Both the position numbers and the translations under genes were made by a program. Shown piece by piece: positions 58,827 to 64,000 of a DNA stretch of 64,000 nucleotides. How positions within the stretch are numbered: the stretch's first letter is position 1; each line of letters begins with the position of its first letter. A model generated the notes under the pieces. That model worked only from the letters and a program-made list of their open reading frames with translations. It ran no database searches and was not told where the DNA came from. Source of the DNA: Alphaproteobacteria bacterium (GTDB lineage: Bacteria > Pseudomonadota > Alphaproteobacteria > Rhodobacterales > Rhodobacteraceae); NCBI GenBank assembly GCA_030426685.1, contig JAUHYC010000007.1, forward strand, positions 19,221 through 83,220. The letters are read 5' to 3'.

Positions 58827-59840
58827 TTAACTTATGTCATGTACGTCCGCCCAACAGGGCAGAAGATCGCCCATGCTGGGTGACGCCAGATAGATGGCGC
58901 GAGCGATGGCCCGGGCCAGACACAGCGAAGCGGCGTGGCCGATCATCGTAATTGCACCTGTATCGACGCTGCGCGTGCCGGTGCTGACGCCAAACACAAG
59001 ATCTCCGTCCCCCGGCGAATGGGCAGGGACGATCGCGCGCGCAATCCCGTCATGCGCCGCCACGGCCATGCGCTGACATTGCGGTTTGGACAAGGCCGCA
59101 TCCGTTGCAACAATAGCTATTGTGGTATTGGCCTTGTCTTGCGGAACCGATTGCATGGTCTGAGCTTTACGGCTGACTACATTACGCCCGAGACCCGACG
59201 CCGGATCCGGCCCGAGCCCGCCGAATTCGTCCCCGATCTCGAATGGTGCTGCCCAGAAATGCCGGTCTCCCGGTGTGGTGACACTGCCCAGTGGGTTCGC
59301 CGCCACCAGCGCCGCAACCGTTGTGCCATCCTCCAGCACCAATGAGGCTGAACCCAGCCCGCCCTTCTGCATCGCCGCCATTGCGCCGGTTCCGGCCCCG
59401 GCCGTACCCAGTTCAAATTGCTGTGAGGCCGCCTGATAAGCAGCCCACCCCAGCGCGCGATAGGGGTTTTCCGCCCAGTTTTTATCGCCCCCATTGAGCA
59501 GATCGAAGAGAATCGCCCCGGGCACAATGGGCACAATCGCATTCCCCACATGAAACCCGCGCCCTTCGGCCCGCAACGCGTCTGAAACGCCCGAGCAGGC
59601 ATCCAGCCCAAAGGCCGACCCGCCCGACAAAACGATTGCGTCAATCCTGTCCACGGATTTGTCAGGTGCGAGCAGATCGGTCTCGCGCGTGCCGGGCGCG
59701 CCGCCCATGACATGGACCGATGCGGTAAAAGGTTGATCCGCAGTCAGAACGGTTGTGCCGGATTTCAACCCTTCATCCTGGGCATTGCCGACCTTCAGGC
59801 CGGGGATATCGGTAATCAGGTTTCGGGGTCCGGGGATCAT
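58827..59840 (-). CDS. P1-family (DmpA-like, S58) aminopeptidase
   Basis: ITDIPGLKVG, GGAPGTRETD, LSGGSAFGL, NTTIA, DGDLVF. Confidence 0.9.
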   Translation of the reverse strand: MIPGPRNLITDIPGLKVGNAQDEGLKSGTTVLTADQPFTASVHVMGGAPGTRETDLLAPDKSVDRIDAIVLSGGSAFGLDACSGVSDALRAEGRGFHVGNAIVPIVPGAILFDLLNGGDKNWAENPYRALGWAAYQAASQQFELGTAGAGTGAMAAMQKGGLGSASLVLEDGTTVAALVAANPLGSVTTPGDRHFWAAPFEIGDEFGGLGPDPASGLGRNVVSRKAQTMQSVPQDKANTTIAIVATDAALSKPQCQRMAVAAHDGIARAIVPAHSPGDGDLVFGVSTGTRSVDTGAITMIGHAASLCLARAIARAIYLASPSMGDLLPCWADVHDIS

Positions 59841-59864
59841 TTCAGCCTCTGGTTTTGGGCCGAA

Positions 59865-59917
59865 AGCGCGCTGGCGCGCGCTGCCTCCGGCGGAGGTATT
59901 TTTGGCCAGATGAAGAG
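59865..59917. repeat. REP-like double-hairpin intergenic element
   Basis: AGCGCGC-TGGC-GCGCGCT then CCTCCG-G-CGGAGG-TATTTTTGGCC; single copy in this window. Confidence 0.35.
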
Positions 59918-59921
59918 TGGA

Positions 59922-60668
59922 TCAGATGCAACGGCCACCATCGACCTCTAACGCTGTGCCGGTGATCATGCTGGCCTCGTCCGAGCATAGGAAACAGGCG
60001 GCGTTGGCCATATCTTCGGGTGTCGAGAAACGGCCCAGCGGGATGGTTGAGAGGAACTTGGCGCGAATTTCGGGCGTGTCTTCACCCATGAAGGATTTCA
60101 ACAGCGGTGTTTCTCCAGCAACCGGGCAGATCGCATTGACCCGCACGCCCGAGGGGGCCAATTCGACAGCCATGGTTTTGGTCGCGGTGATCATCCATCC
60201 CTTGGAGGCATTGTACCAATTCAGGTTCGGGCGCGGGGACAGGCCAGCCGTTGAGGCGACGTTCAGGATCACACCCGCACCGCGGGCCTTCATTGTTGGC
60301 ACGAAGGCGCGGGCGGTCAGGTAAACGGATTTCATGTTCACCTTGAAGACATGATCGAAATCGTCCTCGCTGACCTCTTCAAGTGGCTTGGGCAGGTGGG
60401 TGATCCCGGCGTTATTCACCAGGATATCGAGCTGTCCTAACGTGCTGAGGGCGGCATCTGCCATCGCCTGTACCGAAGCCAAGTCGCTGACATCCACCTG
60501 TTGTGCCGTCGCGTTTAACCCGAACTGCCTGGCCTTGTCCCGCGCCGCGTCGCCGTTGATATCAGCGATCATCACGCGCGCCCCTTCGGCGAGAAATTTC
60601 TGCGCGATCCCCGCTCCGAACCCGGATGCGCCACCGGTCACGATTGCGGTTTTTCCCTGCAACCTCAT
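59922..60668 (-). CDS. SDR oxidoreductase (FabG-like)
   Basis: TGGASGFG, NNAG, YNASK, VNAICP, LEVDGG. Confidence 0.93.
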   Translation of the reverse strand: MRLQGKTAIVTGGASGFGAGIAQKFLAEGARVMIADINGDAARDKARQFGLNATAQQVDVSDLASVQAMADAALSTLGQLDILVNNAGITHLPKPLEEVSEDDFDHVFKVNMKSVYLTARAFVPTMKARGAGVILNVASTAGLSPRPNLNWYNASKGWMITATKTMAVELAPSGVRVNAICPVAGETPLLKSFMGEDTPEIRAKFLSTIPLGRFSTPEDMANAACFLCSDEASMITGTALEVDGGRCI

Positions 60669-60727
60669 GACTTGCCTCCCTGCTGCCTGTTGAGGTCAGA
60701 GTAGCGACAGACCCGGAAGTTTCCAGA

Positions 60728-61147
60728 TCATTCTTCGGACACCTTGCCGCGCAACACCTTGACGTCACCGCGCGCTTTTTTTGCCGCCAAACGCCGTTTT
60801 ACCGACCCATAGGTTGGTTTCGTTGCAATTCTCCGCTTGGGCTTAACCAAAGCGCGGGCGATCAGTTCCGCGAGTCGTGCGCGCGCGATCTCGCGGTTTC
60901 GGGCCTGGCTGCGGGTTTCTTCGCATTGAATGATGATCGCGCCATCCTTGGTCCAGCGCCGACCTGCCAGCCGTTTCAACCGGCTCTTGACCGGATCCGG
61001 CAGAGAGGGTGAGCGCGCGGCCTCGAACCGTAGCTCAACCGCGGTCGAGACCTTGTTCACATTCTGCCCACCGGGACCGGACGAGCGTACAAAGCTCTCG
61101 GTCAGTTCCCAATCCTGAAGGGCGATATCGTCGGTAATGCGCAACAT
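60728..61147 (-). CDS. arfB: alternative ribosome-rescue peptidyl-tRNA hydrolase ArfB
   Basis: FVRSSGPGGQNVNKVSTAVELRF (GGQ), RSQARNR, basic tail KPKRRIATKP. Confidence 0.95.
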   Translation of the reverse strand: MLRITDDIALQDWELTESFVRSSGPGGQNVNKVSTAVELRFEAARSPSLPDPVKSRLKRLAGRRWTKDGAIIIQCEETRSQARNREIARARLAELIARALVKPKRRIATKPTYGSVKRRLAAKKARGDVKVLRGKVSEE

Positions 61148-61177
61148 GGGGCAGAGCTTACAGGGCGCGAGGAGAAA

Positions 61178-61208
61178 CAAAAAGGGCCGCCCCGGCGGGA
61201 CGGCCCTT
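61178..61208 (-). terminator. intrinsic terminator directly upstream of arfB
   Basis: Minus strand AGGGCCGTCCC-GCC-GGGGCGGCCCT then TTTTGTTTC. Confidence 0.8.
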
Positions 61209-61278
61209 CGAAAGTTCAGGAGGTCGGGTCGGTTAGATCAATCGACCAGCCGGAGCGAACGCTCCGCCAAGGGCTGCC

Positions 61279-61335
61279 TTAACAGGCGATCCCCCCGGTT
61301 GTTCCGACACCTCTCTCCAATCTCTTTCTCGACAC
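61279..61335 (-). CDS. candidate 18-aa leader peptide MSRKRLERGVGTTGGIAC behind an extended Shine-Dalgarno
   Basis: AAAAGGAGGTGATCCA-GTG start; TAA at 61281-61279; below the ORF-track cutoff. Confidence 0.5.
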   Translation of the reverse strand: MSRKRLERGVGTTGGIAC

Positions 61336-61350
61336 TGGATCACCTCCTTT
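61335..61350. other. 16-nt exact match to the 16S rRNA 3' end (CTGGATCACCTCCTTT)
   Basis: Read directly; flanks are not rRNA-like. Confidence 0.85.
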
Positions 61351-61410
61351 TCTATCTGTTGCGGTTGAGACTGAGCGTGACACAAGTTGTGCCAATCTCA
61401 AAGCGTTTTT

Positions 61411-62055
61411 TTACACGGGCTGCGCGGTCAGCCGCGCCACGATCACTTTGAACGGGATCAGCGCGATCAGCGCCAGCGACAGTTTCACCAGCCAGTCCGC
61501 AAATGCCAGCGTCACCCATAGCGGCGCCATCGGGCCGGACAGCATGAAGGGCACAGGCTCCCACGCCCAGCTGATTGCGGCGTTGGCATCAGCACCGAAG
61601 ACGGTAACCGAGGCCGAGAAGGCGATGGTGAAGAACAGCGCGGTGTCCAGCGCCGATCCAACCAGCGTCGAGACAAGCGGTGCACGCCACCAGCGACCAC
61701 CGCGCAGCGAATTGAACACGGTGACGTCAGTGAGTTGCGCGATCAGGAAAGCGGTGCCCGAGGCTACGGCGATCCGCAGCGGCACGGCGGCATAGGTGAA
61801 GCCATCGCCCTGCAGCATGATCTGGCTGCCGATCAGCGAGCAGATGACGCCAGTGATGAAGCCGGCAAACACCACCTTGCGGGCAGTGGCCGCGCCATAA
61901 ACGCGGTTCATGATGTCGGTGACCAGGAAGGCCAGCGGATAGGTGAAAGCACCCCAGGTCAGCAGTCCGTCAAGGATCAGGAACTGGACCAGGATGTTTG
62001 AGGCCACAACAATGGCGGCCATGGCAAGGATGCCGGGAATAAAGCTGCGTTGCAT
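61411..62055 (-). CDS. yhhQ: queuosine-precursor transporter (VUT/YhhQ family)
   Basis: VVASNILVQ, TWGAFTYPLAFLVTD, RIAVAS..AF..AQ..D, VGSALDT..FF. Confidence 0.9.
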   Translation of the reverse strand: MQRSFIPGILAMAAIVVASNILVQFLILDGLLTWGAFTYPLAFLVTDIMNRVYGAATARKVVFAGFITGVICSLIGSQIMLQGDGFTYAAVPLRIAVASGTAFLIAQLTDVTVFNSLRGGRWWRAPLVSTLVGSALDTALFFTIAFSASVTVFGADANAAISWAWEPVPFMLSGPMAPLWVTLAFADWLVKLSLALIALIPFKVIVARLTAQPV

Positions 62056-62146
62056 TTTCAGATGCCCGTTTTGACAAGGTAGCGGCGACTTGGCCAAGGG
62101 ACCGTCCCAAGGCAAGCCGTGCGTTTAGACCTTTGTCTGGTGTCTG

Positions 62147-63031
62147 TCAATCGGGCAGCAGGTATTCGACCAGCTCGGTGCGCTGGATGGCCAGAAAGTT
62201 GTCATCCGAGATCATGGTCGCGCGCAGCCTGCGTTGATCGTCGCGCCAGATCGACAACCCTTCGAGATTGTCATGTGTGCCTGCGCCGGTCTCAAACAGA
62301 ACCTCTTCGGCAAACGGCCTGTCCTCGGTGATTTGCCAACGGCGCAGGCGCGAGCGGAAACCCGTCAGCGATACCGCACGCTCCAGCAGATAGAACCGGC
62401 CATCCGGCCCGAAATCGGCGGCAACCGGAAGAAACCGGCCCCGCGGTGGCAGAACAAAAGGTGTCGACCAGACGCGGCCATTCCAGCGATAGACGGGAAT
62501 TTCGCCCTGTACAGTCCGGTTCTTCTCGGTCAGAACATACAGCCGCTGCTGATCGTCGATGGCCAGGGCTTCGAAAGACCCGTTTGCCTCCAGGTCTCTG
62601 AACGCACCAGGGCGTCCCAGAATGCGCGCCCGGGCTCCGGGTGCCGTATAGTGCGCCACCCGGTGCACCCCTTCAAACGAGATGTAGTGGCTGCCATCCG
62701 CCGCAAAAGCAATTCCTTCGGAATCGCCCACATATCCAGGAAGCTCTTGCCCTGTGCTTGAAAGAACCGGCCAATGGCCCTCAATCCGGACATCCGAGAG
62801 TTTTCCTTGATCTCGACGGACTCGCGCAGAAACCAGTGTCGACCGGTCACTCAGCGCGATAAAGCCCCGCCCGTCCCGGGACATATGGATCGCTGAAAAG
62901 CCGCCGAACCAGTCAGCACCGGACTGCCAGGTATAGCTGCCCAGATGCGTACCGGCCCTGGTCTCAACAGCGGATGCCGATCCCGCGAGCAGCAGCGCCG
63001 CGATCAGTTGGATTGCAGAACGGCGGTACAT
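62147..63031 (-). CDS. esterase-like activity of phytase family protein
   Basis: FGGFSAI, ALSDR, DSEGIA, ISFEG, NGSFEALA, DNLEGL, ISDDNF. Confidence 0.85.
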   Translation of the reverse strand: MYRRSAIQLIAALLLAGSASAVETRAGTHLGSYTWQSGADWFGGFSAIHMSRDGRGFIALSDRSTLVSARVRRDQGKLSDVRIEGHWPVLSSTGQELPGYVGDSEGIAFAADGSHYISFEGVHRVAHYTAPGARARILGRPGAFRDLEANGSFEALAIDDQQRLYVLTEKNRTVQGEIPVYRWNGRVWSTPFVLPPRGRFLPVAADFGPDGRFYLLERAVSLTGFRSRLRRWQITEDRPFAEEVLFETGAGTHDNLEGLSIWRDDQRRLRATMISDDNFLAIQRTELVEYLLPD

Positions 63032-63867
63032 TGCTGAGGTAAATCGGCCAAACGGTATTCGCGGCGTTTCTTGGGCTTGGGCGCATTCGGGTTCGGCGGC
63101 GGCGGATTGAGGATGTTCTTGACCCACTGCTGTGCCTCGGCACAACCGTCGCCCTTGGGAGGCGGATCCTGATTGACACAGCCGCGTGAGCCTTTGGGGC
63201 AATTCAGGCGCACATGGAAATGATAGTGATGCCCCCACCACGGCCGGATCTTGCGCAGGTAGGCCCGGTTACCTTTCTCGTCATTGCACATCTGCACCTT
63301 GGCGCCGGGAAAGACAAAAATTCGCGCCACGCGCTTGTCCTTGGCGGCTTCGCGCAACACGGCATGGTGTTGCTTGGTCCAGTTGCCGTTCACATAAGCG
63401 CCGTTGGCGCGGCGCAGGGAAATGGACGAGATATTCTCGCGCGCCTTGCGGCTGAGGCGCATGTTGTCACCGGGCAGCATCCAGATGTCGATGTCCAGCC
63501 CGAGTTGGTGCGAGCGGTGCCCGGATGTCATCGGTCCGCCGCGCGGCTGACTGATATCCCCGATATAGAGCCCGTTCCAACCGGGCTGTTTCGCAGCAAA
63601 GCGGCTGAGGTCCTGCACATAGTCGATCGCCTGCGGATGTCCCCAGTTGCGATTGCGTGACAAGCGCATCGCCTGCCACGTCGGTCCGGTTTCAGGCAGT
63701 TGCACCGATCCGGCAGCACAGCCGCGCGAATAACTGCCGAACGCCGCCGGCTTTTGTTGTGAACTGACCTTCTGTGCCCCGAACAACTGCTTGGCCAGCG
63801 GCTGTGCCGTCGCCATGCCTGACAGAGACAAAGCCGCGCATATCGCCAAAAAACGTAATAAAATCAT
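63004..63867 (-). CDS. mepA: penicillin-insensitive murein endopeptidase
   Basis: GSYSRGC, RNRNWGHP, GDISQPRGGP..SGHRSHQ.GLD.D, HHYHFHVRL.CP. Confidence 0.95.
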   Translation of the reverse strand: MILLRFLAICAALSLSGMATAQPLAKQLFGAQKVSSQQKPAAFGSYSRGCAAGSVQLPETGPTWQAMRLSRNRNWGHPQAIDYVQDLSRFAAKQPGWNGLYIGDISQPRGGPMTSGHRSHQLGLDIDIWMLPGDNMRLSRKARENISSISLRRANGAYVNGNWTKQHHAVLREAAKDKRVARIFVFPGAKVQMCNDEKGNRAYLRKIRPWWGHHYHFHVRLNCPKGSRGCVNQDPPPKGDGCAEAQQWVKNILNPPPPNPNAPKPKKRREYRLADLPQQCTAVLQSN

Positions 63868-63998
63868 TTGCTCTGATCCCCTTCCGGTTTCACCCAGCGC
63901 ATCAGGAATAGCCCCAGAATAAACAACAGAATGATCGGTGAAACCCCCAGTCGCGCATTACCCGTCACGGTTGTGGCAATTCCGATCAGCAGCGGCGC
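63864..63998 (-). CDS. C-terminal end of a membrane transporter, probably MFS (runs off the window)
   Basis: APLLIGIATTVTGNARLGVSPIILLFILGLFLMRWVKPEGDQSK*; stop overlaps the mepA ATG. Confidence 0.65.
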   Translation of the reverse strand, partial: APLLIGIATTVTGNARLGVSPIILLFILGLFLMRWVKPEGDQSK

Positions 63999-64000
63999 GG

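Noticed and set aside
61335-61354. 16S rRNA gene or fragment
   Set aside because: Only the terminal 16 nt match and the flanks show no rRNA or ITS sequence; treated as a regulatory motif instead.
61381-61397. sigma54 promoter (TTGGCACAACTTGTGT, minus strand)
   Set aside because: Spacing gives GG-N10-GT, not GG-N10-GC.

Overview
GC-rich alphaproteobacterial chromosome segment. Gene content and order point to Rhodobacteraceae/Roseobacter group (probably Ruegeria-like; inference). It is mostly housekeeping: peroxiredoxins, two aldehyde dehydrogenases, ada, nth, rppH, fadH, sfsA, map, rsmD, mlaA/mlaC, part of a flagellar cluster (fliP-fliN-fliH-fliF / fliL-motE-motA), a GcvT-family oxidoreductase with MmgE/PrpD, pncA/pncB, a peptide-type ABC operon, panBC, glpK, smpB, idi, cytochrome c2, arfB, yhhQ and mepA. 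I found no rRNA, tRNA, CRISPR array or transposase. Most interesting signals: (1) an unannotated structured element upstream of the ribosome-rescue gene arfB, with 16 nt of perfect complementarity to the 16S rRNA 3' end, an 18-codon AGA-rich ORF, an internal anti-SD and attenuator-like alternative pairings; (2) a prokaryotic pentameric ligand-gated ion channel gene inside a peptide ABC-transporter/ALDH gene string; (3) a small two-repeat protein behind a double LexA box; (4) an OxyR-like regulator lacking the peroxidatic Cys, facing an SbtA-family permease across an OxyR-type operator; (5) candidate leader RNAs before a glyoxalase-superfamily gene and yhhQ; (6) degenerate repeats flanking accessory cassettes. 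All calls come from reading motifs by eye; no searches or folding programs were run. Many starts were moved from the ORF track to the Met/RBS that fits best.
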